A DNA stretch of 39,315 bases from Chiloscyllium plagiosum (lineage: Eukaryota), in assembly GCF_004010195.1 (NCBI RefSeq), contig NC_057719.1, forward strand, positions 85,869,840 to 85,909,154, read 5' to 3'. Below are positions 1 to 12,760 of this stretch, in pieces. Under the pieces are notes generated by a model. That model did not search any database and was not told the DNA's origin. It saw only the letters and a list, made by a program, of their open reading frames with translations. The first letter of the stretch is position 1, and each line of letters opens with the position of its first letter. Position numbers and translations under genes: made by a program.

Positions 1-835
1 TCCTGTTTTCTGTTCTGTATGTTCAGTAGGTTGGCTATTGTTTCTCTGGCTAGGGTTTTGTCGATCGAAGTGAACAGTGCCGTCACGTCGGATGATATCA
101 TGGTTTCTTCTTTGTCTATGTGTATGTTTCTGATGATGTCCAAGAATTCCTGTGTTGATTGTATAGAGTGTTTGGATCTGCTGACCAGGTGTTTCAGTTT
201 CTGTTGTAGTTCTTTGGCCAGTTTGTATGATGGTGTCCCTGGTAGTGATACTATGGGTCTGAGTGGGATGTCTGGTTTGTGTACTTTAGGTAATCCATAG
301 AATCTGGGGGTATAGTTGCTTTCCGGTTTCATTCTTTGTAGGTCAGCTCTGGTTATCTGTCCATTTTATTGTAGATTCCTTAGTGTGTTATTTATCCTAT
401 TGGTGAGTTGTGGTGTGGGGTCAAATTCCTTCATTTGGTAGGTGTTGATATATGCAAGTAGTTGTTGTGCTTTTTAGATGTAATCTGATTTATCTAGGAT
501 GACCGTCATTCTGCCTTTATCTGCTGGTAGTATGATTATGTTCTTTTCGTTTCTTAGTGATTTCAGTGCTTCCCTCTCCTTGGTGTTGAGGTTATGTGTT
601 TGTCTTTTCCTTATTATCATAGGTACGACAGTTCGTCTCACTGTTTGTTGTATCTCTTCTGTCAGTCCATTGTTCCTGAGTGTGCATTCTAGTGCTGCTA
701 GGAAGTCTGCTGTCTTGGCGTCCCTGTGGTTGTAGTTGAGTCCCTTGGCCAGTATTGTTCTTTCTGTGTCTGTGAGCTGTCTGTGGGAGATGTTTTTAAC
801 CCAGGTGTGTGTTGTAGTGTCCTCTTTATTGTGTG
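1..835 (-). mobile_element. Penelope-like element (Penelope/Poseidon-type) reverse transcriptase fragment, decayed, runs off window edge
   Basis: Minus-strand translation gives IIILPADKGRMTVILDK, then past in-frame stops PRFYGLPKVHKPDIPLRPIVSLPGTPSY and MISSDVTALFTSID, hallmark PLE RT motifs. The 474..962 ORF is this RT fused to antisense SINE sequence. Confidence 0.92.
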
Positions 836-837
836 TA

Positions 838-1145
838 CTACAGTGTGGGAACAGGCCCGTCGGCCCAACAAGTCCACACCGACCCTCCGAAGAGTAACCC
901 AGCCAGACCCATTCCCCTACCCTATATTTAACCCTGATGAATGCACCTAACACTATGGCCAATTTAATAAGGCCAATTCACCTGGGCGCATCTTTGGGCT
1001 GTGGGAGGAAACCAGAGCACTTGGTGGAAACCCTCACAGTTATGCAAAATGTGCGAAGTCCACACGAACAGTCGCCCCAGGCTGGAATTGAATCCGGGTC
1101 ACTGGTACGGTGAGGTAGCAGTGCTAACCACTGAGCCATCATGCC
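838..1145 (-). mobile_element. HE1-type tRNA-derived V-SINE
   Basis: Reverse complement starts GGCATGATGGCTCAGTGGTTAGCACTGC (A box), has a B-box-like GGATTCAATTCC and the V-domain CTCTGGTTTCCTCCCACAG, and ends in a CR1-like tail GGGCCGACGGGCCTGTTCCCACACTGTAG. Matches the copy at 16403-16722. Confidence 0.9.
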
Positions 1146-1317
1146 AACTTGTGGCTGGTATATTCAGGCTTGTTGGCACTGTAAAAAAACAGACTTTAAC
1201 ATCATACTGGCAGAAATATGTTGCCGAATTTGGAACAGATTGACGCTAAAGTTGTTCTTCAAAGTTAGAAAGTAAGTAAGCACTGCTGGACACAACTCCC
1301 ATGCGCATGTGTCGTGA

Positions 1318-1452
1318 TAAAAGTCGCCAGTTAGAGAGAGAGCTTAGAGTGAGACGACTGTTGATGGTTTAACCTGAGGTTAACCTCGCCCTTAAGCGAG
1401 GAGGTTGAAAAAGACAGTCCTTCGTGGTAATCTCTGCCAGTGCATGAATTGA
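1318..1452 (-). mobile_element. Degenerate fragment of another tRNA-derived shark SINE
   Basis: Reverse complement contains CCTCAGGTTAAACCATCAACAGTCGTCTC and TGGCGACTTT, resembling a shark SINE body I recall; head truncated; family not named. Confidence 0.45.
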
Positions 1453-1519
1453 AGGCCTAATGAAGGGAGATTCTTCCAAGCTTGTATGCAGGTTACTAAT
1501 TCCTTGCCTGGCGACTGAA

Positions 1520-3499
1520 GGATAGACCAGATCTAAAAGTTGAAGTTCTAAATTGGAGAAAGGCCAATTTTGACGGTATTAGGCAAGAACGTTCGAAAGC
1601 TGATTGGGGGCAGATGTTCATAGGTAAAGGTACGGCTGGAAAATGGGAAGCCTTCAGAAATGAGATAAGGAGAATCCAGAGAAAGTATATTTACAAATAT
1701 ATTAAGGACAAAAGGGTAACTAGGGAGAAAATAGGGCCCCTCAAAGATCAGCAAGGGGGCCTTTGTGTGGAGCTGCAGAAAATCGGGGAGATATGAAATG
1801 AATATTTTGCATCAGTATTTACTGTGGAAAAGGATATGGAAGATATAGACTGTAGGGAAATAGATGGTGACATCTTGCAAAATGTCCAGATTGCAGAGGA
1901 GGAAGTGCTGGATGCCTTGAAACAGTTAAAGGTGGATAAATCCCCAGGACCTGATCAGGTGTACCCAAGAACTCTGTGGGAAGCTAGAGAAGTGATTGCT
2001 GGGCCTCTTGCTGAGATATTTGTATAATCGATAGTCACAGGTGAGGTGCCAGAAGACTGGAGGTTGGTTAACGTGGTACCACTGCTTGTAAGGACAAGCC
2101 AGGGAACTACTGACTAGTGAGCCTGACATCAGTGCTCAGCAAGTGGTTGGAGAGAATTCTGAGGGACAGGATGTACATGTATTTGGAAAGGCAAGGACTG
2201 ATTAGGGATAGTCAACATGGCTTTGTGCATGGGAAATCATTTCTCACAAACTTGATTGAGTTTTTTTCGGAAGTAACAAAGAGGATTGATGAGGGCAGAG
2301 TGGTAGATGTGATCTATATGGACTTCAGTAAGGCATTTGACAAGGTTCCCCATGGGAGACTGGTTAGCAAACTTAGATCTCATGGAATACAGGGAGAACT
2401 AGCCATTTGGATACAGAGCTTGCTCATAGGTAGAAGACAGAGGGTAGTGGTGGAGGGTTGTTTTTCAGACTGGAGGCCTGTGACCAGTGGAGTGCCACAA
2501 GGATCAGTGCTGAGTCCTCTACTTTTTGTCATTTACATAAATGACTTGGATGTGAGCATAAGAGGTAGAGTTAGTAAGTTTGCAGATGACACCAAAATTG
2601 GAGGTTTGGCAGACAACGAAGAGGATTACCTCAGATTATAAAAGGATCTTGACCAAATGGGCCAATGGGCTGTGAAGTGGCAGATGGAGTTTCATTCAGA
2701 TAAATGCGAGTTGCTGCATTTTGGGAAAGCAAATCTTAGCAGGACATATACACTTAATGTTAAGGTCCTCGGTAGTGTTGCTGAATAAAGAGATCTTGGA
2801 GTGCAGGTTCATAGCTCCTTGAAAGTGGAGTCACAGGTAGATAGGATAGTGAAGAAGACGTTTGGTATGCTTTCCTTTATTGGTCAGAATATTGAGTACA
2901 GGGGTTGGAAGGTCATGTTGCGGCTGTACAGGACATTGGTTAGGCCATTGTTGGAATATTGCATGCAATTCTGGTCACCTTCCTATCAGAAAGATGTTGT
3001 GAAATTGAAAGGATTCAGAAAAGATTTACAAGAATGTTTCCAGGGTTGGAGAATCTAAGCTGGTGTGGTAAAGGCTGAACAGGCTGGGGCTGTTTTCCCT
3101 GGAGCATCGGAGGCTGAGGGGTGACATTATAGAGGTTTACAAAATTATGAGGGGCATGGATAGGGTAAATGGACAAATTCTTTTCCCTGTGGTCAGAGAG
3201 TCCAGAACTAGAGGGCATAGGTTTTGGGTGAGAGGGGAAAGATGTAAAAGAGACCTAAGGGGCAACTTTTTCACGCAGAGGTACGTATATGGAATGAGCT
3301 GCCAGAGGAAGTGGTGGAGGCTGATACAATTGCAACATTTAAGAGGCATTTGGATGGGTACATGAATAGGAAGGGCTTGGAGGGATATGGGCTGGGTGCT
3401 GGTAGGTGGGACTAGATTGGGCTGGGATATCTATTAGGCATGGATGGCTTGGACCGAAGGGTGTACTTCCATGCCATGCATCTCTATGACTCTATGACT
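1520..3499 (+). mobile_element. CR1-clade (HER1-like) LINE, 5'-truncated, disrupted ORF2 RT plus 3' UTR
   Basis: DKSPGPDQVYPRTL, SQHGF, IYMDFSKAFDKVPH, GVPQGSVLSPLLF, KFADDTK, TLVRPLLEYC in successive frames; ends in (CTCTATGA)2 tail; internal deletion near 1690. Confidence 0.96.
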
Positions 3500-3721
3500 G
3501 CACTGGCTATTGAGCTGGATCACATTGACCTATTTTTGGTTACTCTGGCATAAATGCCTCATTTCTGGACATGAATGTGAACTTGGAAACAAATCAATAG
3601 GAGCTTATCCCATCTGGATTCATCGAGAACGGCATGCTTTTGTGTACTTTGAAGTGGCCTGTTCCATGGCAGGGCAGCATTTTTTGTATAAAGCAAAGAG
3701 CTGAGAATGCTGCCGACCATC

Positions 3722-4312
3722 CTTTTCATTAGTTCTTAGAATATGAGGGCGGTCATCCCCAAAATGGCTGTCAAGAAACTCTTGGTGGTCCACCTTCCTA
3801 AACCTGTGTTCCAGGGGTGAAGGCAAACCCCGGAGTGGAAGGACATTTGGGAGCAGTGATGCTGACTGGAGTGCAGCAGAATTCCCAAGTCAGGATGGTG
3901 TAATTATTAGAAAGTAATATGTTGGCACATATGTCTCCGTGCATCTGCTGCCCTTCTCCTTGTATGTAGTATGTTGGAAGATGCTGTCAGAGGAATCTTG
4001 TTCAGTTCCTGATGTGCATTTCTTGCAGCTGGTAAACACAGCTGACTCAGTGCTGGTGGATGTGAATAGCATCTTGAATTTTCTCAGATACTCATTCATC
4101 TTGGAAAATGCAGAGCATTTTTCGCCATCCTATGCTTTGTAAAAAGTGGAGAATCTTTGGGTAAGAGGGGTCCGGAGATGAATTACTGGCTCGAGATTTC
4201 AGAGCTTCCGATCTGCTCTTGCAGCTAGGTTTTTATCAGGTGGTTCCAATTTAATTTCTGGTCAATATCAACCCCTTGAGGATTAGTGGGGGGAGATTAA
4301 GTGGTGGTAACT
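3722..4312 (-). mobile_element. Old LINE 3' fragment of a second CR1/L2-group family
   Basis: Colinear degenerate similarity to 28220-28930 (e.g. CTGCTCTTG..., TTTCTGGTCAAT...GGGGGA(G/T)TC/AAG). Confidence 0.6.
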
Positions 4313-4379
4313 TATCAATTCTTATCACATTAAACGAAAAAAAATACAACGAGTGAAATATGTGAATGAAATGTTTATA

Positions 4380-5075
4380 AAATATCTGTTCAGCACTTTC
4401 TCCATTTCGCATTTTGCATTAATAATTCTCCATTATCACTCCCCATAGGATCAACGGTAAAATTAGTTGTTCTTTTCCATTTTAAGTATTATACAAAGTC
4501 TACCATGTTTAAATGTCTATTTTACTTTGGTTCTCCCTTTTTTGAGTTGTCATTGCTGATTCTAAGTTCTATCTGCTCATTTGAAAGCAACCCAGCATGG
4601 CAGACCTTTTTTTTGTCTTCAATTTGGTGATATCCTTAACTTTTTCAGCTCTGGGCAGATGGTGCATCCTTCTTTTTTCCTCGCTGGAATGCATATTTTT
4701 TGAGTGCTACCTCTTCAAATATGCGTCGCTGCATTTCGACTGTGGTCTATCTTGACCTGATTTTCCACTTTAAGCAGCTCTGGCTTCATGCCCTTGTAAT
4801 TGTCTTTATTCAAGTTTAAAACATATACACCCAAACAGAATATGAAATTCGATCTTATTGTAAGGATTGGCACCCAGAGGTTCTTTTAATTTTGAAGTCA
4901 TTAGGTAATCATTTTACATTAATCATTAGCAAATCTGGAACAGCCAGCTCTCAGCTAAGCTCTGGAGCCTACTCCTCCTCGAAATTGTCCTCAATGCATT
5001 CTATCGATTTATTCCTTGCAGGCTACCTTTGGCAATCTGACTTGTCTAAAGTATATGTAGAATAAATTGTTTATG
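4380..5075 (-). mobile_element. Very old CR1-like remnant
   Basis: Scattered antisense CR1 ORF2-like segments (CTTCATGCCCTTGTAATTGTCTTTATTCAAGTTTAAAAC; AAATCTGGAACAGCC). No intact motif. Confidence 0.4.
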
Positions 5076-5609
5076 AGTAGTCAAGTGCACTGTTTGTCAG
5101 ACGGAGAAGTCATTTATAGAACTATATGGTGTTAGACCAGCATTTACCCTGTCTAACATGTAATGGACAACTTCAGTCTGAGCCGTGGATCTGTCTGCAA
5201 GTCTGTCTCATGATTTAAGATAGAAGACAAATACACTCATTAGAAATATCAATTAGTCATAAGTGTTACAGAATCAAAGCGGTGCGTTGACACAAAAGTC
5301 AAAAGACAGAATCTTCTCAGCATAGGGGCAGAGACGCAGTGTGAAAAATTAAACTAATTCCGAGGCCAGCGTATTATTTTAGCCATGAAATGAGCATGTG
5401 AATGCCTACTGCTGGAAAATGAAATCAAAGACTGTTGCTTTCAAGGGTGTGACGAGTGCTTCCTCAGAGGATGATACAATAATAGGTGCAGCTGGTGGCA
5501 AATTTCTACAAACTAATGCATTTGCAGTGGGTACAAAATAACTTCATATTAAGAAATAACCTAACAGGATATACAGAGTTACCATCTTCAGGAATAGTCC
5601 ATTGAAACT

Positions 5610-6791
5610 CACAGACGTGAGTTTACCTCTTCCTGCCTCCTTGACCACGACCTCGCTTCCCATCACCAAACTACCAGCTTCCAGGTCATGCAAAACCTCA
5701 TCACTTCAGGGGATCCCCCATCCACAGCCTCCAACCTCAAAGTCCCGGAACCTCACACAACCCAGTTCTACCTCTTACCCAAAATCCACAAACTTGAATG
5801 CCCCAGTCGATCCATTGTCTCTGCCTGCACCAGCCCCACTGAACTTATCTCCTCATATCTTGACACCATCCTGCCCCCTTTCCATTGTCCCAGGAACTCC
5901 CCACAAACATTCAGGCCACCACCCATGCCCTCCATTTCCTCCATGACTTTTGTTTTCCCGCCTCCCAATGCCTCATCTTCACCATGAGATTCAGTACCTT
6001 TACATGTTCATCTGCCATGGTGAAGACCTCCAAGCCGTCTGTTTCTTCCTCTCCCACTTACCCAACCAGTTCCCCTCCATTGACAGACTCATTTGATTAG
6101 CAGAACTGGACCTCACCCTCAACAACCTCTCCTTTGAATCTTCCCACTTCCTTCAGACCAAAAGGGTAGCCATGGGCACCTGCATGGGTCCCAGCTATGC
6201 CAGTCTCTTTGTCAGATATGTGAAACAGTCCAACTTCCACAATGACACTGTCGCTTTTCCCCACATTTTCCTCCACTACATTGATGACTGTATTGGCACC
6301 ACCTCGTTCTCTCACGAGAAGGTTGAACTCAAGTTCACCTGGACCAAATCAGACACCTCAATCCCCTTCCTGGACCTCTCTGTCTCTATCTCTGGTGACT
6401 GACTCAACATGGACACATACTTCAGACCACACGACTCCCACACCTACCTGGACTACACATCCTCCCATCCACCCTCCTGTAAAAATACAATCCCTTACTC
6501 CCAATTCTTCCGCCTCCAACATATCTGATCCCAGGAGGAGCAATTCCACTCCAGGACATCCCAGATTGCCTTCAATTTCAAGGACCACAATTTCCCCACC
6601 CATGTGATCAACAATGCCCTCCAGTGCATCTCCTCCACCTCTGGCACCTTCACCCTTGAACTCCACCCCTCTGACTGCAACAAGGACAGAGACCCCATGG
6701 TGCTCACCTTCCATCCCACTACTCTCTGGATACAACATATTATCCTCTGCCATTTCTGTCACCTATAATCAGACCTCACCACCAGAGATAT
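5610..6791 (+). mobile_element. Penelope-like element (Neptune-like) RT fragment, frameshifted
   Basis: FYLLPKIHKLECPSRSIVSAC, AMGTCMGPSYASLF, FLHYIDDC (catalytic YxDD), SIPFLDLSVSI, and DSHTYLDYTSSHPPSCKNTIPYSQF spread over several frames. Confidence 0.92.
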
Positions 6792-7208
6792 ATGTTCTTT
6801 TTAAATGTTATAGGTCTATCCTGTTATTGTAACTGGCTCTGAAAGTGCATGCTAGAAGCTTGCTAACATGTCAGAGACTTACAAGCTTGAATCATAAAAT
6901 GGCATCTAAGATAGATAACGTGTCAACTTTGTGGTAAATAAAATTGATTATAAGCATAGCTGTATTTATTATAAATAATATCTTTGATATAGAAGACCAA
7001 ATAGTTATAACAGCTCAACTGAAATGCAAAGCAACTGATGCATAACTATTACCAGTAGATTGCAAAAAAGAATAAAAGAGATATAAGTTTGAATAGTTGT
7101 ATTTGTCATATATACTATGACAACAAGGACTGTAATGTTAATAATGTTTTAGGAATATGCATTAGTATAAGTATCCATTGGAATGTTTGCACTGAATGGT
7201 AACTGTGT

Positions 7209-7252
7209 GGGGGTTGGGGTTGGAGGGGTAGGGATGGGGGTGGGGGGAGGGG
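7209..7252 (+). repeat. G-run cluster (potential G-quadruplex) in the intron 3' of the EEF1AKMT3 exon
   Basis: GGGGGTTGGGGTTGGAGGGGTAGGGATGGGGGTGGGGGGAGGGG: seven runs of at least 3 G in otherwise AT-rich sequence. Confidence 0.6.
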
Positions 7253-7361
7253 CAGCATGATTCCATGTCCAAGGTCAATCACAAAGAAAAGCCTCTATCA
7301 AGAGCATATCAATCCTCATTTTTTGCTTTTTATATTGCTGTTGCAGATGTTGTTCACATCA

Positions 7362-7523
<162 letters not shown>

Positions 7524-8529
7524 TCACAAGGATAGCATGGGAACGGGGAGACAAAATTAGTTGGTGGGATAGACATACTGTTAAAAGGATATTGAGGCAA
7601 GTTCATGTGGTAGTTCAAGCAGGATTGACAGTGTCATGCAGGAAGATGCAATATTACTTCAGAAGAGAGTGTGGGCTTTAGAAAAAAATCAGTAAAAGAA
7701 AGAAAATGCAATGGAAAGGATAGCGTGCCCATCAGTTTTGTATCACAGCCATCCTCATTGCATTTCCACAATTATTTATCTTTCACAGCTAGTTTTAATG
7801 TAACAGCAGTATAGCGGTTGTCATGAAGATGTGTTCTCCAAGATGATAATATTTAGCATTGACTGGACATATGTATTGTGCATATACCTTGAACTTTTTT
7901 AATGAACACTTTACAAAGCAAACTGCACTGATTACAGCAGAAGCAACGTTGCATTCATAAGGAACAAGCTGCCTGCATTTTCAGCTAGATGATATATGAC
8001 CCAGTTTACAGATGAAAAAAGATATTGGATTTGATCAAAGACAGCATCTGGAATAACTTGCCATAGGAGCAATAGTCTTTTCTCTTCTTTCCTGAATCTC
8101 CACCCTATTAAAGTTTGTGAGCTATAAACTCACTGGAAAACTTTGCTTGCACAAGTGAGAGAATTCCAAAAATGAGAATATAAAAGCTACACTGCTGTCT
8201 TCAGAAAAACAACATCGACTAGTCATAACAGATCCAACACGTTATTCTGACATGAATAGTTTGTGTGCTAAGTGACCATACCTACTGTAAATCTGTGATA
8301 TATTCTATTTTGCTGAATGTAACTAGCCAAAGCATTTTTAAGGTAGCACTTAACTGTGTTTTTGTATATTTCCTACATTTTCATTTTCATGTGATTTGCA
8401 TTGTCTACACAAAGTGAATAACAGTTAACTCTCAATGAGAAGCAAGGAGCATTGTAGAAGCACTAGACTGCAGTCAGGCAAGTTCCTTTCAAAGGAAGCC
8501 ACTAACAAAAGCAAATTACATCATTTATG

Positions 8530-8574
8530 ATCATAGAGTCATAGAGGTGTCTATCATGGAAACAGACACTTTGG
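8530..8574 (-). mobile_element. Extreme 3' tail of a CR1 LINE split by a PLE insertion
   Basis: TCATAGAGTCATAGAG (antisense CTCTATGA tail) followed by CATGGAAACAGACAC; continues at 9869. Confidence 0.85.
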
Positions 8575-9868
8575 CAAAAGTGAGGACTGCAGATGCTGGA
8601 GAGCAGAGTCAAGATTAGAGTGGTGCTGGAAAAGCACAGCAGAGTCAGATAGCATCCAAGGAGCAGGAAAATCGATGTTTAAGGCAGGAGCCTTTCATCA
8701 AGAATGAGGCTGGGAGTCTTTGGGGTGGAGAGATAAATGGGAGGGGGTCGGGGCTGGGGCGAAGGTGGCTAAGAGTTCAATAGGTGGATGGAAGTGGGGA
8801 TGAAGGTGATAATTGGAGAGGAGGGTGCAGCAGATAGGTAGGAAGGAAGATTGGCACGTAGGATATGTCATGACAGTGGTGCTGAGCTGGCAGGTTGGAA
8901 TTGAGGTAAGATGGGGGGAGGGGAAATGAGGAAACTGGTGAAGCCCACATTGATGCCCTGGGATTGAAGTGTCCCGAGGCAGAAGATGAAGTGTTCTTCC
9001 TCCAGGCGTCGGGTGGTGAGGGAGTGGTGGTGGAGGAGGCCCAGGGCCTTCATGTCCTCAGCAGAGTGGGAGGGGGAGTTGATTGGTGTTGTTGTCCCGG
9101 AGGTATTCCCTAAAGTGCCTTGCAAGAAGGCATCCAACCTCCCCAATATAAAGGAGACCAAATCGGGAGCAGTGGATACAGTAAATGACATGTGTGGAAG
9201 TACAGGTTAAAATTTGATGGATGTGGAAGGCTCTTTTGGGGCCTTGGGTGGAGGTGAGGGAGAGGTGTGGGTGCAGGCTTTGTAATTCCAGCGGTGGCCG
9301 TGACTACCTGGTCAAATCCATATCTCCCAACAACCCACCCTCCCCTCCGCACTTTCGTCTGCCACCACAAGAATTGCAAAACCTGCACCCACATCTCCCC
9401 CTTCACCTCCATCCAAGGCCCCAAAGGAGCCTTCCACATCCACCGATGTCATTTACTGTATCTGTTGCTCCTGATGCGGTCTTCTTTACATTGGGGTGAC
9501 TGGATGCCATCTCGCAGAGTGCTTTGTGGAACATCTCTGGGACACCCACATTAATCAACGCTACCACCCCATGGCCCAACATTTCAAAGCCCCTTCCAAC
9601 TCTGCTGAGGACATGCAGGTCCTGGGCCTCCTTCACCGCCCGATGCCTGGAGGAAGAATGCCTCATCTTCTGCTTCAGGACCCTTCAACCCCAGGGCATT
9701 ATTGTGGACTTCACCAGTTTCCTCATTCACCCTCCCCCAACTTACCCCAGTTCCAAAGTGCCAGCTCAGCACCATCCTCATGACCGGCCCTACCTGCCAA
9801 TCTTCCTTCCCACCTATCCACTCCACCCTCCTCTCTGACTATCACCTTTATTCCACCTCCATCCACCT
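8575..9868. mobile_element. PLE insertion with inverted duplication of GIY-YIG endonuclease region and terminal repeat; 14-bp TSD
   Basis: Left arm (~8575-9290, minus) and right arm (~9295-9868, plus) both encode GIY-YIG pieces (VIYC..C...LYIG, CKTC, HFKAPSNSAEDMQVLGLLH, LEEECLIFCFRTLQPQGI). Flanks are AACAGACACTTTGG (8561-8574) and AACAGACACATTGG (9869-9882). Confidence 0.92.
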
Positions 9869-10550
9869 AACAGACACATTGGTCCAACCCGTCCATGCCA
9901 ACCAGATATCCCAACCCAATCTAGTCCCACCTGCCAGCACCCAGCCCATAGCCCTCCAAATCCTACCGATTCATGTACCCATCCAGATGCCTTTTAAATG
10001 TTGTAATTGTACCAGTCTGCCCCACTTCCTCTGTCAGGTCATTCCATACACCACCACCCTTTGCATGGAAAAGATGCCCCTTACTTCCCTTTTATATCTT
10101 TCCCCTCTCAGCCTAAACCTATGCCCTCTAGTTCTGGGCTCCCCCACCCAGAGAAAAGACTTTGTCTATTTATCCTATCCATGCCCCTCATAATTTTGTA
10201 AACCTCTATAAGGTCACCCCTCAGCCTCCGACACTCCAGGGAAAACAGCCAGAGCCTAATCAATCTCTCCCTATCGCTCAAATCCTCCAACCCTGGCAAT
10301 ATCCTTGTAAATTTTTTCTGAACCTTTTTAAGTTTCACAAGATCCTTCCGATAGGAGGAAGGCCAGAACTGAACACAATCTTCTCAAAGTTGCCTAACTA
10401 ATGTCCTGTACAGTTGCAACATGACCTCCCAACTCCTATACGCAATGCACTGACCAATAAAGGAAAGCATACCAAACACCTTCACTATCCTATCTACCTG
10501 CGACTCCACTTTCAAGGAGCTATAAACCTCCACTCCAAGGTCTCTTTTGT
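9869..10550 (-). mobile_element. CR1 LINE 3' portion
   Basis: KVQKKFTRILPGLEDLS...LFSLECRRLRGDLIEVYKIMRGMDR; 3' UTR similar to 3360-3480. Confidence 0.93.
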
Positions 10551-10984
10551 TAGCAGGATATTGAGCTATCAGCTCGATCGAAAATCAAAGGTTTTCTTCC
10601 TACAATACAAAAACAGATTATAGGAGACCACACGCTCAGCAGGAAAAATGCCATTCCATTTAGTCGCAAAACTGGCTTTTCCGGGTTGGCGTCAGAGAAC
10701 ACTTAAAAATTCATCGAATTGCTTCGGGAGCACTCACATATAAGTCAGATGATCGCACAAGTGAAATCATTCTTTCCCCCCTCAAGATTTTTCAATCAAA
10801 ACTGATTATATTTTCTCACATCTTTTCGATTTGCTGCGAACATGTTATTTTGAGGATTCTTCCTGCAGTTTTTGTAACCTAACTAGTAAACTGCAAGATC
10901 CACTTCGGGGGTATCAGGGGTCGCATGCATCCAACAGCATCAACAAAGCCATTCGCTGTAACAAAACGTAATTCACGGGAGCGT

Positions 10985-11400
10985 TTTCAAATTGCCAAGG
11001 AGAAACAGACACATGTGGGACAAGAGATAGGGTTTCGGGTATATTTTAAAGATTGCAAAGGAGGACGGGCAGTGGAGTAGTATAGGCAGGAAAATGATGA
11101 TGGGCTTTTGTCCGAAACGTCGATTCTCCTGCTCCTTGGATGCTGCCTGACCTGTTGTGCTTTTTTCCAGCACCACACTCTTGACTCTAATTGTAGACCC
11201 TGGGGCTTTGGTGGCTGAACTCACTCTGGAAGACTTCAAAAATCATGCACGCGCAACAGGCTCAACTGGGGACGTGTGGCTGAGGGCTTGGGGAGAGAGA
11301 AGGATAGGCAAGGCTGTGCTGGGGCTCGAACACAATGATGAGGAGTATAGAAGGAGATATTTTTGTTACTTTAGGATTGGTGCAAATGGTCCCAGGAAAC
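10985..11400 (-). mobile_element. Possible ancient L2-like remnant interrupted by a PLE terminal fragment
   Basis: Purine-rich degenerate tract resembling the antisense L2 3' region (AGAGATAGGGTTT...TTAAAG...GGAGG); weak. Confidence 0.3.
11094..11190 (+). mobile_element. PLE terminal-repeat fragment with near-intact hammerhead core
   Basis: (A)TGATGATGGGCTTTTGTCCGAAACGTCGATTCTCCTGCTCCTTGGATGCTGCCTGACC, homologous to 14346-14436 and to the reverse complement of 8600-8700. Confidence 0.85.
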
Positions 11401-11470
11401 TATTCAACTGTGCACAACGGAATATATCCTAAACAACATTTATGCTAGGGTCGGCTGCACCTCAAATGAG

Positions 11471-11970
11471 NNNNNNNNNNNNNNNNNNNNNNNNNNNNNN
11501 NNNNNNNNNNNNNNNNNNNNNNNNNNNNNNNNNNNNNNNNNNNNNNNNNNNNNNNNNNNNNNNNNNNNNNNNNNNNNNNNNNNNNNNNNNNNNNNNNNNN
11601 NNNNNNNNNNNNNNNNNNNNNNNNNNNNNNNNNNNNNNNNNNNNNNNNNNNNNNNNNNNNNNNNNNNNNNNNNNNNNNNNNNNNNNNNNNNNNNNNNNNN
11701 NNNNNNNNNNNNNNNNNNNNNNNNNNNNNNNNNNNNNNNNNNNNNNNNNNNNNNNNNNNNNNNNNNNNNNNNNNNNNNNNNNNNNNNNNNNNNNNNNNNN
11801 NNNNNNNNNNNNNNNNNNNNNNNNNNNNNNNNNNNNNNNNNNNNNNNNNNNNNNNNNNNNNNNNNNNNNNNNNNNNNNNNNNNNNNNNNNNNNNNNNNNN
11901 NNNNNNNNNNNNNNNNNNNNNNNNNNNNNNNNNNNNNNNNNNNNNNNNNNNNNNNNNNNNNNNNNNNNNN
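11471..11970. other. Assembly gap (500 N)
   Basis: Run of exactly 500 N; the round size suggests a placeholder of unknown true length. Confidence 1.
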
Positions 11971-12261
11971 GAGCTATGTCATTGAATAATTGCAGTCCTT
12001 GCAACATACACTACTGTCCGGAAGCCAGTTCCGAGATTTTGACCTGGAAAGCTGTTGAAACTGCAATCGTAAGCAAACTACTCCATCTCTGATCTTATGA
12101 TGTAGGAAAAATCATTGATAAAGTAGCTGAAGGCGTTTGAATCTCAGACAGTTTCGTGAAAAAAAATCCTGCAGCCATGCTCTATGCCTTGAACAACTGT
12201 CCTAACATAACCACATTGGCGATGGCTGTAACAAGTGGAAAGACTCCCTCGTGATTCCCAT

Positions 12262-12345
12262 TTGAAGAAGAATCATATTGGACTCAAAATGTTAACATTG
12301 TTTTTCTCTCTCTGCAGATGCTGCCGGTCTTGCTATGTTTATGTT
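12262..12345 (+). mobile_element. Old PLE terminal-repeat remnant
   Basis: TTGAAGAAGAATCATATTGGACTCAAAATGTTAAC...CTCTCTGCAGATGCTGCC parallels 31460-31530. Confidence 0.6.
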
Positions 12346-12364
12346 TATTTTTGCTGTTATCTCA

Positions 12365-12760
12365 TTGACTCGGGTTTTGCTGGGCCGTCTTGTTGCCACA
12401 CTCAAGGCCATCTTGCCTTGATTGGGCATCCTTAATGATGGTCACCCTCAGTTCCTCTCTTGAGTTCATCTCTTTTGTCCAAGGTTCGGCCATGGCTGTA
12501 CTGAAGTTAGAAGCTGAGTGGACCTTGTGCAACCAGAATTTAGTGAAACCTAGCAGGTTGTTAGTGAGTAAGTGATGCTTGAAAGCACTTTCTATCATTT
12601 CCATTACTGTACTGATGGGGTATTGTCTGTCAGGTATGACTCAATGAGAAGTAGTATATTCAGTAGCTCGCTGACGAGAATGTGGGAGAGTTCTTCTAAT
12701 TTTGTTGCAATCCTCCCGATGTTAGTAAGGAGGACTCTGCAAGATGTCACAGATGTGTAC
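12365..12760 (-). mobile_element. Decayed RT fragment of the second CR1/L2-group LINE family
   Basis: FKHHLLTNNLL..KFWLHKVHSASN...WTKEMNSREELRVT corresponds to the QFGFR..HS..D.....W...L RT segment. Confidence 0.65.

Noticed and set aside
2117..2641. RT ORFs (also 18471-18938, 29954-30582, 38578-39285) as active genes
   Set aside because: All sit in LINE copies with stops, frameshifts or deletions; none encodes an intact ORF2.
10626..10640. GACCACACGCTC resembling METTL1 exon 1 (DHTL)
   Set aside because: Upstream codons do not give QRAHSNP and include a stop; chance match.
11442..12092. 216-aa and 181-aa ORFs
   Set aside because: Artefacts of translating through the N gap.
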